Part shown: one piece after another, positions 18,370 through 26,617 of the stretch | How the letters are laid out: every line of letters begins with the position of its first letter | Position numbering within the stretch: position 1 is the first letter of the stretch | Assembly (NCBI GenBank): GCA_035541055.1 | Contig: DATKNZ010000297.1 | Coordinates: 46 to 64,045, forward strand | Origin: Candidatus Acidiferrum sp. | Lineage (GTDB): Bacteria; Verrucomicrobiota; Verrucomicrobiia; Limisphaerales; UBA8199 | Direction of reading: 5' to 3' | DNA length: 64,000 bases | Translations under genes and position numbers: made by a program | The notes under the pieces: generated by a model | Told to the model about the DNA's origin: nothing | Database searches by the model: none | Seen by the model: only the letters and a program-made list of their open reading frames with translations

Positions 18370-18386
18370 GGCGACTCGAGACGTTA
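18370..18386. repeat. 17-bp copy of ggcgactcgagacgtta (B-like half element)
   Basis: Exact match to 16840-16856. The two copies flank ispH as direct repeats. Confidence 0.7.
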
Positions 18387-18498
18387 AAATTGAGACGGTT
18401 AACGCCTGTGCGGCTTGACCAGGGACCTGGCTACGGCTATACAGATTGAACAATGGCCGTGTTCGAATGGTTTCGAGCAGGCCTTGAGAGCAAACAGG

Positions 18499-18543
18499 TT
18501 GGAGAGATGGCCGAGTGGCTGAAGGCGGCGGTTTGCTAAACCG
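18499..18543 (+). repeat. attL: displaced 5' half of tRNA-Ser(GCT) (acceptor stem to anticodon stem)
   Basis: 45/45 identity to 28693-28737 (ttggagagatggccgagtggctgaaggcggcggtttgctaaaccg). The sequences diverge immediately afterwards. Confidence 0.9.
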
Positions 18544-18764
18544 AAAAAGCCAAGGCGGCAGAATATCGCCAAACCCTTAGGAAAAGCCCGTATTTAGCGG
18601 GTCAAACCCACTTTTGCGAAACTGCGCTTGCGTCACGTCGCGACACCATTGCGGCCTGTTTTACGTAGGAAAATGTAGGAAAGCGCGACGGTGCGAAATT
18701 GGGGCAAAAACCGTTGCCCGGCTGGCGCGGCGTTGGAAAAGGTGTAGGAAGGCTTGCGGTTGGC

Positions 18765-19193
18765 TCATTCAACCGCGCCAGAGCGCAACGCGGCCTTGGT
18801 TTCCTCGCTGGCTTTGGCCTCAATCACCTTGGCCTTGGCTATGGTGTCATGCGAGACGCCAGCGGCTTTGGCGAGTTCCTTGCGGGTTTCGAGCGGCTTT
18901 TGTTTGGCAGATTTCTGCGTAACAGATTCCGGCTTTCGTATCTGTTGCTCCTTGGCCTTTACCCTGATTAGCGGCTCCAGCTTTAGGGCCAGGATTGGCC
19001 TAAAGCGATTTGCCCCTTGTCCAGACACCAGCCGGCCCGGAAAGGCTCTCCGTAGGCCAGCCAACGGCCTCGGGCAGCGCAAAGAATGGTGAAAATAACC
19101 TGTTGACGCCAGCCCCGACCTTTTGGTATTCTCCGCTCCGGTGTCCGCAGAGACGGGCACTTCGCCACTGTAACGCGGCCTAATCACCCGCAA
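18765..19193 (-). CDS. Small HTH DNA-binding protein, possibly a truncated remnant
   Basis: Only the C-terminal about 60 aa look genuine (KELAKAAGVSHDTIAKAKVIEAKASEETKAALRSG, an HTH pattern). There is no internal ATG/GTG/TTG start, and the N-terminal part from the TTG at 19193 looks non-coding. Confidence 0.3.
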   Translation of the reverse strand: MRVIRPRYSGEVPVSADTGAENTKRSGLASTGYFHHSLRCPRPLAGLRRAFPGRLVSGQGANRFRPILALKLEPLIRVKAKEQQIRKPESVTQKSAKQKPLETRKELAKAAGVSHDTIAKAKVIEAKASEETKAALRSGAVE

Positions 19194-19305
19194 CGGCGAT
19201 TCGACAACAGATAAACTGCCGGCGCTGGATACCGTTCGAGCTGATTACTCGGGCGGGACAAGGTCTCTGCCTTCTGGCGTCGGCATTTTGTTGAAGAAAA
19301 CAGCT

Positions 19306-19755
19306 ATGAGGACACAGACGAAAACAAACGGTGCCGGCGGAAACCGCGCGGCAGTAACTATCACCAGCAATGTCCCGGCGCGGCGCGTCCGGTTTGAAGC
19401 GGAAGCGGACACCCAATCGCTGATTGAAAAGGCAAAGGAGAAAGGCATTGACCCCGACCAGCTCATAAACGAATGCCTGCGGCGGCACTTCACGCCGCAG
19501 GACCGGCAGGCCCAGGAGGATGCGAAGTACTTCCGGCAGCTTGCAACGTTCATGTGTGACACCATGCCGCATTCGAGCGTTTCCGTGGAGGTTGGCCTCG
19601 GCGTGGACCTGATGAAACGGATTGAGCCGATGGCTAGGCGCATGGCCCGGGTTGCAAACGGCTTCTCCGGTATCGGGGATGGCGGCCTAGACGCAATCGT
19701 CAACTTGGCGCTCTGGCGGCTGGTGCAGGACAACAGCGGACACGGAAAGGACTAG
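19306..19755 (+). CDS. Putative ribbon-helix-helix (CopG/Arc-like) regulator with a C-terminal domain of unknown function
   Basis: RRVRFEAEADTQSLIEKAKEKGIDPDQLINECLRRHF fits a strand-helix-helix pattern. It is the only plus-strand gene of the element. ATG at 19306 (the ORF track uses the TTG at 19288). Confidence 0.45.
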   Translation: MRTQTKTNGAGGNRAAVTITSNVPARRVRFEAEADTQSLIEKAKEKGIDPDQLINECLRRHFTPQDRQAQEDAKYFRQLATFMCDTMPHSSVSVEVGLGVDLMKRIEPMARRMARVANGFSGIGDGGLDAIVNLALWRLVQDNSGHGKD

Positions 19756-19773
19756 CCCGCGCAACACCCTCAC

Positions 19774-19801
19774 GGCCCGGGCTTAGGCCCGGGCCTTTTT
19801 G
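19774..19801. terminator. Bidirectional rho-independent terminator between convergent genes
   Basis: ggcccgggc-ttag-gcccgggcc followed by ttttt. Confidence 0.65.
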
Positions 19802-19805
19802 CTGC

Positions 19806-21080
19806 CTAGAACCTCACCCCCGAAATGTTGTTGTGGGGGCTGGCGGCAGTCAGCTTGTCAATGCCGGCGCTGATCTTCGCCAGATGCCGCTCGCTCTTTC
19901 TGGCAATATCCACTTGCACATCGTTAGCGGGCGAAGCGTACGCGCCAAGCTGCTGTAGCATGTTAAGGGAGCCATGAACCATGCGCCTAGAGTTGGACGG
20001 GCTGCCTTCTGTGCCGGGTGGCCCCTGGTCTGATTCAAAGGCCGGGGGCTGCGGGTGCTTTAGCCGCTCGCTCTCCTCTTTAAGCCGCTTCATCATCTCC
20101 GCAAACTCATCCAGCTTGCCCTGCCAGGGCTTAGCTGCCCCGGCTGCGGCTTCCTGAGCGGCCTTCACGTTGAAGCCAGCGCCGGCCATTTTGCCTTGGA
20201 TGTACTGCCTGGACTCCTCTGCGGTGCGGCCCATGAATGCCCGGTGAAAAAGGTCGCTCGCACCCCACGCCAGCATTTGCGGCAACATCTTCGCGGTTTG
20301 CCAGCCGCTCATAGTCGCGGTGCCTGCCCCGGCGCTCGCACTAGCCCCGGCCAGGCCCTTGCCGCCCTTAAGCACGGTCGTGTAAATAAACTCGGCCAGC
20401 TTCACCATTGACGGCCCGAGGTTGGATACGATGATGTTGGACAGTAGCTTAGCCTCGTCTGCCAGGTTCTTCAGGTGTACTGCCGTCTCGGTGTCCATGA
20501 TCATCCCCATCTCGCGCATCTTCTTTTCGAGCCTTGCTGAGTCATCGGTCAGCGCCCCCATCATCTCGCGGAACGGCCTTCCCATTAGCTCCTTAAGGTA
20601 GGGGGCCAAGTCCTCGGGGCTGCTTCCCATAGCGGCGTTGTGCATCGGGCCAAGGAACAGTTGCGCGGCGGTCTGCTGGCGCAAGTCGGCATCGGAGACG
20701 CCAAGCATGGAGAATGCCTTGCGGGCGGCCTGGGCGTCCTTGCCACTTCCAAGGGCCTTGGCGCGGGCAATGTCTATGTTCTCGAAAGCCTTGGCGATGC
20801 CGTCCAGGGAAGTGCCATTTTCGCGGGCCAATTCGCGCAGCACTTGGAGTTGCTCGATGGTGACGCCAAGGCGCTTGGAGGTGTTGACAAGCTCTTCGCC
20901 AAATTCGGCGGTGCGCCGTCCCATTTCCTCGATGCCGGCAACACCCAGGATGCCAAGTGCTGAGTTACGAATGCCGCTTGTAACCTCAGAAGCCCACTTT
21001 CGGGCCATAGCGCGTGAACGGGTGAGCTCGCGCTCGAAGCCGCTAGCGTCACCCCCGATAACTGCGCGGAGTGCGGGCAT
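19806..21080 (-). CDS. Phage tail tape-measure-like protein (short, 424 aa)
   Basis: N-terminal half shows the TMP-type pattern (FGEELVNTSKRLGVTIEQLQVLRELARENGTSLDGIAKAFENIDIARAKAL...AFSMLGVSDADL). There is a central Gly/Ala hydrophobic patch and a predicted helical composition. Confidence 0.55.
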   Translation of the reverse strand: MPALRAVIGGDASGFERELTRSRAMARKWASEVTSGIRNSALGILGVAGIEEMGRRTAEFGEELVNTSKRLGVTIEQLQVLRELARENGTSLDGIAKAFENIDIARAKALGSGKDAQAARKAFSMLGVSDADLRQQTAAQLFLGPMHNAAMGSSPEDLAPYLKELMGRPFREMMGALTDDSARLEKKMREMGMIMDTETAVHLKNLADEAKLLSNIIVSNLGPSMVKLAEFIYTTVLKGGKGLAGASASAGAGTATMSGWQTAKMLPQMLAWGASDLFHRAFMGRTAEESRQYIQGKMAGAGFNVKAAQEAAAGAAKPWQGKLDEFAEMMKRLKEESERLKHPQPPAFESDQGPPGTEGSPSNSRRMVHGSLNMLQQLGAYASPANDVQVDIARKSERHLAKISAGIDKLTAASPHNNISGVRF

Positions 21081-21084
21081 GGCC

Positions 21085-21312
21085 TCAGGTCAAACCGAAT
21101 TCGAGGCGAACGGCCTCCATCACTGATTCAGCATCGCGAAGGCACCCCGAAAGCTGGTCAATTTCGTGCCGGATGCGGTTGGCCCTGTCGGGGAACTCGC
21201 CACGATCGGCGGCTTGCTCCAGCAATTCAGAAGCGATTGCCGTTAGCAGCCTCAGGCTTCTGGCGTTGCTGAGCCCTAGCTCTGCAAGGAACTTCGATTG
21301 ATCTTCGGTCAT
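21085..21312 (-). CDS. Hypothetical small helical protein
   Basis: 75-aa ORF, 4 nt upstream of the TMP-like gene start. No recognisable motif. Confidence 0.45.
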   Translation of the reverse strand: MTEDQSKFLAELGLSNARSLRLLTAIASELLEQAADRGEFPDRANRIRHEIDQLSGCLRDAESVMEAVRLEFGLT

Positions 21313-21369
21313 ATTAGGGGCGGCGGCGCGCCCCGGCTGGCGTAGCTAGTAACGCGCCGCCGCATGGAC

Positions 21370-21843
21370 CTACAAATCCGCCGACAACGGGCCGGCGGCA
21401 ATCTGGGCGGTTATGGCCGCGAGGGATGATTCCCGTTCAAGTATCAGGGCCGGCAGTATCGGGCCAAGCGCCTTAATCCGGAGCAAGTCACTAATCACGG
21501 TCAGGCTGTTGGCCCTCGAAGCCAGGTCGCCGTGCCGACCAGCGGCCAGGAAGCGGGCAAGCTCGCCCTTCAGTGCGGCGTCCGCGCCGTCGGCGGCGGC
21601 TTTCAACCTTTGCAGTTCCGCAAGGTCGCCTTGCGCGGCGGCTTGCGCTTGTTTGAGGCTTTGGAAGGCGGAAAAGGCGGCGGCGGCGCGGGCCTCCACC
21701 TCGGCGGCTTCGCTTGCGAGGGATTCAGACTGCGTGCGGAGCTTTGTAGCGCGCTCCTTCGCGGCGGGCGCATTTTCCAATGCCTTCGCAAGGCGCTCTG
21801 CGGCGCGCTCTTTTTGGAGGTCGGTTGCGAGGGTTGTTTCCAT
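21370..21843 (-). CDS. Hypothetical Ala-rich coiled-coil protein
   Basis: 157 aa, heptad-like A/E/K/L-rich sequence. The ATG at 21843 lies 1 nt after the upstream stop. Confidence 0.5.
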   Translation of the reverse strand: METTLATDLQKERAAERLAKALENAPAAKERATKLRTQSESLASEAAEVEARAAAAFSAFQSLKQAQAAAQGDLAELQRLKAAADGADAALKGELARFLAAGRHGDLASRANSLTVISDLLRIKALGPILPALILERESSLAAITAQIAAGPLSADL

Positions 21844-21844
21844 G

Positions 21845-22303
21845 TTAGGGCTTCGGGTTGAAGAACGCGTTTACTTTCTCCTGCCGGATGCTGCGGACGC
21901 TTCTGGCCAAGCCGACAAATTTCGGCGTGAAGTGCGGATTTGCGGGCGCGGGTTCAAGGCCAGGGACAATTAAGCCGGCGCGCGTGAATTGGAGGCGCTG
22001 AGCTTCAAACCCAGTCGCGGCGTCAACGCCGAAAATATGCTTGGCGAGCGCAGTCAGCTTTTCGGGCGCAATCTCGGTTGAGGCGGCTGCCAGGGCGGCG
22101 GCTGCCGGCGCTGTCGCCTGTCGAATCTTCACGGGCTGCGCGCCTGATTGCAGGGCGGCAAGCTCCGCGCGCGATTCCTCAAGCTTTCGCTCAAGGCTTT
22201 GAATGGTGAGATTGGCAACCTTTACGGACGTAATGAACTTCCGTTTCGGGGTTGCGGCGAGTACGGCTAAGGGGTCCGGGGTGTCTTGCATATATGGGGT
22301 CAC
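21845..22303 (-). CDS. Hypothetical protein with a central coiled coil
   Basis: 152 aa from the GTG at 22303 (GTGA overlap with the upstream stop), or from the ATG at 22291. Confidence 0.5.
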   Translation of the reverse strand: MTPYMQDTPDPLAVLAATPKRKFITSVKVANLTIQSLERKLEESRAELAALQSGAQPVKIRQATAPAAAALAAASTEIAPEKLTALAKHIFGVDAATGFEAQRLQFTRAGLIVPGLEPAPANPHFTPKFVGLARSVRSIRQEKVNAFFNPKP

Positions 22304-22668
22304 TTGCCGCCTAGGTAATTGACGGCAACGGAGAGTAGGCTGTTAGTGGTTGTGAGAGTGGCGGAGATATAGGACCAGCAGCCTGTGGCGGTCACTTCGG
22401 CCACGCTGCCGCCGGCAATGGCATTCGTAGCGAAGTTCACCCAGTTGGTGCCGTCCAGGGAGCGCCGTAGCACGACAGTCGCGACGTTGGTTGTGCCGCC
22501 TGTGGCGACGATGTGCGCGGTGTGGTAGAGATTGCCCTCCACGAAAATCGCGGTGCCCGTCGCGTTGGTTGTGCCGGTCAGTAGCGGGAAGCTAGAGGCT
22601 GCGTATTGGCCTCTGGCGCTCAGGCACAGGCCCAAGGCCAGCAAGATTCCCAAAAGTGTCGTTCGCAT
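22300..22668 (-). CDS. Small secreted beta-rich protein (signal peptide)
   Basis: MRTTLLGILLALGLCLSARGQ signal-like N-terminus from the ATG at 22668. The rest is T/G/N/V-rich, beta-strand-like. Confidence 0.5.
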   Translation of the reverse strand: MRTTLLGILLALGLCLSARGQYAASSFPLLTGTTNATGTAIFVEGNLYHTAHIVATGGTTNVATVVLRRSLDGTNWVNFATNAIAGGSVAEVTATGCWSYISATLTTTNSLLSVAVNYLGGK

Positions 22669-22684
22669 CACAAGGTGCGGGTAG

Positions 22685-22939
22685 TCAACTGCGGCAACTG
22701 TTGGTTGCCAGCGCAAGGAGCATTGCGCGGGCCTTGCGCCCTTGCTTCGAGGCGGCGGCCCTGCTTATGCCGTGGGCTCTGGCGACTTCCGCGAGGGACG
22801 GCGCGCCAGTCACAACAGCGGACAAAACCGCAAGGCGCAGTGTAAAAGTCCTTCCGAAAAAGTTGGCAGCCTCAGGGCCACTTAGCCAGGAGGTGAGATT
22901 TGCTATGCTGCGGGGGCTAGTGAGGGGGGCTGTTTTCAT
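22685..22939 (-). CDS. Small HTH protein
   Basis: SLAEVARAHGISRAAASKQ HTH-like segment. 84 aa. Confidence 0.4.
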   Translation of the reverse strand: MKTAPLTSPRSIANLTSWLSGPEAANFFGRTFTLRLAVLSAVVTGAPSLAEVARAHGISRAAASKQGRKARAMLLALATNSCRS

Positions 22940-23369
22940 TGCGTGTTACATTTCTATTCGGCCCGCCGATTCTGGCCAAGGACATACGAGCCCGAGCCTC
23001 CTTTGAGCGCCCTCGGGCAAACCGAAACTGAAAGGCGTCGGCAAACCGGACGGCCTGGTGCGCGAGCGCCTGCTTTGAAATTTGCAGCTCGTCCGCCAAC
23101 TCTCGCCCGCTCCTATTGTCGAGCAACTCAGGGCGCAAACCGGCAAAGATCGCCATAAGCCGGACCATTGAGGATTTCAGCGGCCGCTTGTCAGCAAAGC
23201 ACCAGCTTGCGAGCCGGCGGAATAGGAGCGCCGCCTCCTCTCGGGCCGACGGCGGGGCTTGCTCTATGTAGCCCAGCGCCTCGTCAACGGCATCGAAGTT
23301 GAAATCCACGGTGTGAATCGAGCTGTGGGTTGCCGCGTCGTAGGCTACGTGCTCCTGCTCTTGGCGCAT
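22917..23369 (-). CDS. HTH protein (sigma-70 region-4-like / small DNA-binding)
   Basis: SGRELADELQISKQALAHQAVRF HTH-like segment. 150 aa. Confidence 0.45.
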   Translation of the reverse strand: MRQEQEHVAYDAATHSSIHTVDFNFDAVDEALGYIEQAPPSAREEAALLFRRLASWCFADKRPLKSSMVRLMAIFAGLRPELLDNRSGRELADELQISKQALAHQAVRFADAFQFRFARGRSKEARARMSLARIGGPNRNVTRNENSPPH

Positions 23370-23602
23370 TCACCCTGTCGTAAAAGTCACCTTGCCCACT
23401 TTTACGGGTTGGAACGGCAGAAAAGGCCACTTTCCTAAGGATAACGATAAAGGGGCCATAAAAATCGTGGAAAAGCGCGTGGGCCAGTTTCTCATTCGTG
23501 AGAGTCGGGGTGCGGCAACCGCCTCTGTCGGGAAACTTTACAAAGAGATGCCTTTTGCCCCATACCTCACTGCCCCTCAACCACTTACGCATGTAACCGC
23601 GC

Positions 23603-23803
23603 TCAATCATCGCGATATGGCTCCCGGTATTGCCGTGCCTGGGGCTGCTCTGCCTTGTGCCCGCCGGCGCACTGGTCACAAACAATGAGCCGCGCCAAGT
23701 GTGCGGCGGCTTCCCGGTCGCAGTCAGGCGTGAGGGGCAAAGCCATTGCCTTCCCGCATTTCGGGCAACGCACCTCGATAGTGGTGGGTATTGGCTCGCT
23801 CAC
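23603..23803 (-). CDS. Zinc-ribbon protein
   Basis: CPKCG ... CDQC (two CxxC pairs). 66 aa, GTG start. Confidence 0.5.
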   Translation of the reverse strand: MSEPIPTTIEVRCPKCGKAMALPLTPDCDREAAAHLARLIVCDQCAGGHKAEQPQARQYREPYRDD

Positions 23804-23824
23804 GGTGTCAGTGGGTGGGCCTTA

Positions 23825-23912
23825 GTGCCAGTGCCATATCTAAAGGTATATGGCACTTCTGGCACTAGGCCCTTGGCACCAGTGCCAAAACCAGATTTGG
23901 CACTTATGGCAC
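23825..23912. promoter_or_regulatory. Iteron cluster: eight perfect TGGCAC/GTGCCA hexamers, candidate replication origin
   Basis: GTGCCA at 23825, 23831 and 23882. TGGCAC at 23851, 23860, 23874, 23898 and 23907. Degenerate copies follow to about 23925. An AT-rich spacer catatctaaaggtatatg sits between inverted pairs. The cluster lies between the replicase stop (23955) and the next gene start (23803). Confidence 0.6.
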
Positions 23913-23954
23913 TTATGACACTTGGCCCATATTCATTGCCTAGAACGCGCGTTT

Positions 23955-25424
23955 TCATTTTGGGACTTGGCGTATTATCGGCTGCCATTTGTCGTTCGCT
24001 TTCGACTGGAGCACGCGGCCCGCGGTTTCCAATGACCTTTTCAGCCGGTAGAACGTGCTGCGGCTTATGCCCTCGGTCGCGGCTGCCTCCTGCCAAGCGG
24101 TTGTTATGAGCCCTCCGGGCGGCAGTATCGCCAGCAACTCGCCTTCGGTGTGTTCCCGCTTGCGCCCGCCTGCCTGCTTTAACTTGGACGGGTCAAGGCT
24201 ATCGTCGGCAACCATGAGCGGGTACGTCCAGCGGACAACAAAGGGCGGCGCGGGCGGGAAGTCGCGGAGCGTGGCCTCGACCGTAAAGGCGTCCTGCTCC
24301 TCGTGCCTGGTGAAGACAAGCAAGCTGTCGGGGTCTCGGGCGAATACGCCGGATCCCGAAATCCGGTCAATGCTCTCCTTGGTGGCTTGGTTGCCCTTGG
24401 AGAAATGAGCCCCGAAAGCGACAGCAGCGCCGCTCTCAACGGCCAAGTCTTCAACGGCGTTTAAGAGGGCGGCAACGTCGCCGGCCTTGTTTTCGTCCGT
24501 ATGGCCATAGAGCTTGTATATGGGGTCAAGAATGACTAGGGCGAAGTCCTGCTTAATGGCATCGGCAATCTGCGGCAGTAGCAGGTTGAAGTTGGCGGCC
24601 TTGCCCCTGAGGTTTGAAAGGACCAAGCGCCCGGGCTCAATCTCGATTGCCTTGGCGGCGGCAACGGCGTTCAAGCGCGACTGCCAGGACCAATCTTGAA
24701 TCTCGAAATTGCAGTAAAGCACTCGGCCCGCGGCGGTATCGCGGCCAAGCCATTGCCGGCCATGTGATACGCTCAGCGCCACGTCTAAGAGCGTCCATGT
24801 CTTGAAGCTTTTGCTGCCGCCTCCTAACACCAGCTTGGAGCCGCAGTGAAGCATCCCGGCGATAAGCTCCGGCGGCTTTGGTATGGGCGCTGCGGAGAAT
24901 ACGCTAGCGTCCACCATTGCGAGGGCGGCCCGCTGCGGTGAGTAAGCCGTGGCCATGCGTCGGGCGGCATCCTGGACAACGGCCCGCGGAATTGCCGTGT
25001 CTTCCGCCTTGGTTATAAGGTCCAGGGCATCCTGGATGACCGCGCGGCGGACTCGGGCGCTTTCTATCGCGTCCAGGAAGGCGGGAAAGTTGGCTGCCGA
25101 TGGTGTCTTGTCAGGCAGTGCGGCCACGTACTCGAGCCCGCCCGCCTCGCCGCCCTGGTGCTTGTCGCGCAGCCATTGGTGAAGGCTGACAACGTCCAGG
25201 GCCTTGCCGTCTATCCTCAGGCAGCGCAATCCGCGGAATGCGGCCTGGTGCCTCAGGTCGTAGAAGTGTTCAAGCTGCAACTGGTCGAGGCAGGTTTCCG
25301 CCTCGCCATTGGCGGCCCTCAGGACGCAACCAAGGGCGCCGGCTTCGGCGTCGGTGTCATGCGGCGGCAAGCGGTCAAGGCTTGGCGCCGGGGTCGGCAG
25401 ATATTCGCTGGCGTCATTGGCCAT
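23955..25424 (-). CDS. Replicative protein: DnaB N-terminal-like domain + RepA/AAA_25-like RecA-fold ATPase + C-terminal wHTH
   Basis: LPPHDTDAEAGALGCVL...FYDLRHQAAF...LDVVSLHQWL (DnaB-N pattern). Walker-A-like GGGSKSFKT and Walker-B-like FALVILDPIY. C-terminal ISRSTFYRLKRSLE. The ATG at 25424 is preceded by GGAGG. Confidence 0.7.
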   Translation of the reverse strand: MANDASEYLPTPAPSLDRLPPHDTDAEAGALGCVLRAANGEAETCLDQLQLEHFYDLRHQAAFRGLRCLRIDGKALDVVSLHQWLRDKHQGGEAGGLEYVAALPDKTPSAANFPAFLDAIESARVRRAVIQDALDLITKAEDTAIPRAVVQDAARRMATAYSPQRAALAMVDASVFSAAPIPKPPELIAGMLHCGSKLVLGGGSKSFKTWTLLDVALSVSHGRQWLGRDTAAGRVLYCNFEIQDWSWQSRLNAVAAAKAIEIEPGRLVLSNLRGKAANFNLLLPQIADAIKQDFALVILDPIYKLYGHTDENKAGDVAALLNAVEDLAVESGAAVAFGAHFSKGNQATKESIDRISGSGVFARDPDSLLVFTRHEEQDAFTVEATLRDFPPAPPFVVRWTYPLMVADDSLDPSKLKQAGGRKREHTEGELLAILPPGGLITTAWQEAAATEGISRSTFYRLKRSLETAGRVLQSKANDKWQPIIRQVPK

Positions 25425-25590
25425 AGTGACCTCCTGCCGGGGGATAGCGGCGTTGCTTTGGACGGCGCTCGAGTACTTCGCCATAGGACAACCCTGGACG
25501 CCAGCCACGGCGGATTAGCCGCTCAACTTTGGCCCGGTCGCTGCCGGATGCCCGGCTTGCTCGCATGTATCGAGACTTCACGCGCACCCC

Positions 25591-25815
25591 TTAGGCTGTG
25601 ATTGCTACGCGACGGCGCGCAATCCACCCGTCAATGTCCACGCGCCGGTAACGGATTACCTTGGACGTTATGCGAATGAACGGAAGCCCGCGCGAGTGTC
25701 GCCACAAGCGCAAGGTGCGGGGTTCAACCGATAACAGCGCGGCGGCCTGGGTGTCGGTTAGAAGTTCGCTGGCGGGTTTCACTTCCGCCGGCGGCGTCGG
25801 CAAATCTTGTCTCAT
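25591..25815 (-). CDS. AlpA/excisionase-type HTH DNA-binding protein
   Basis: LLTDTQAAALLSVEPRTLRLWRHSRGLPFIRITSKVIRYRRVDIDGWI is the typical HTH_17/Xis pattern. Confidence 0.75.
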   Translation of the reverse strand: MRQDLPTPPAEVKPASELLTDTQAAALLSVEPRTLRLWRHSRGLPFIRITSKVIRYRRVDIDGWIARRRVAITA

Positions 25816-25879
25816 GCCGCGATAATCCCACGTCGCGGCGGACGCTGCCTGACAGTGTTCTGTACAGGAATCTGTCGAG

Positions 25880-26617
25880 TTATCGGGAAGCGGGCTTTTG
25901 CGCCGCGCGCGGCTTGGCGACGTAGCCAGCGGCTTTTAGGTCTGCGGCGGCAGCGGCAGCGGCGCGCTCCATATACGGGCTTGGGTTAGGCGGTCGCTGG
26001 CGTTGCGCTGGCGCTTTCGCCGCCTTCGTTGCGAATGGCGCGGGCGCGGTTTCAAACCACAGTCGGCGGCCTTGGCGGTCTCGAAAATGCAGGTTGCCGT
26101 CAACCTCTAGCGCGGAAATTCTGCCGCGCTTAAACGGCTTCAAAAGCAGCCGCTCGCGCTCTTTCGTTACTGCGGCCTCTGTCAAACGCGTTTGGCGCAG
26201 TCGGTTTCGACACACATCAAGCAAGCCAGACGGGCGCAAAAGGCACAGCTCTGGCAAGTTGTCTTTCTGTTCGGCCCAATGGTCCAGCAAAAACTTTTCA
26301 AGTGCAGTAGCTTGCAGAGCGTTTGGCTTTCCGGTTAAGGCCCTTCCTAGCCGCCGGAAAAACTCAAGGTCATTTCTGTCCAGGGCGGCCAATACCTGCG
26401 CGCGAGTGTGCGCGTCGGTTAGGGTGTGGTTGCACTTCGCAGCCGCCAGCGCGCAATCCTGCTCGAAATCAGGGAGCGGGTACTGCGTCGCGTTGCGCTG
26501 GTGTAGCTTAGTAAAGCCGGCGCGCCTTAGTGCCAGGGCCGTCCACGCGCGGCGAACGGACGCGACAATTGCGGCGCGCTCTGCCGGTGTCATGGGCTTT
26601 TCGAGTGTGTTACGCAT
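25880..26617 (-). CDS. Hypothetical protein
   Basis: ORF with coding-like composition. ATG at 26617 (8-nt overlap with the ligase stop) or at 26593. No motif recognised. Confidence 0.45.
   Translation of the reverse strand: MRNTLEKPMTPAERAAIVASVRRAWTALALRRAGFTKLHQRNATQYPLPDFEQDCALAAAKCNHTLTDAHTRAQVLAALDRNDLEFFRRLGRALTGKPNALQATALEKFLLDHWAEQKDNLPELCLLRPSGLLDVCRNRLRQTRLTEAAVTKERERLLLKPFKRGRISALEVDGNLHFRDRQGRRLWFETAPAPFATKAAKAPAQRQRPPNPSPYMERAAAAAAADLKAAGYVAKPRAAQKPASR

Noticed and set aside
23284-23685. 133-aa minus-strand ORF overlapping both the zinc-ribbon gene and the 150-aa HTH gene.
   Set aside because: It overlaps two better-supported genes. Its central part covers a relatively AT-rich, hairpin-containing stretch (cgtaaaagt…acttttacg at about 23370-23400) that looks like a promoter or operator region.
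23825-23912. TGGCAC hexamers read as sigma-54 (-24 TGGCAC / -12 TTGC) promoters.
   Set aside because: No copy has a TTGC(A/T) element at the required 5-nt spacing. Eight copies in both orientations fit iterons or operators better than promoters.
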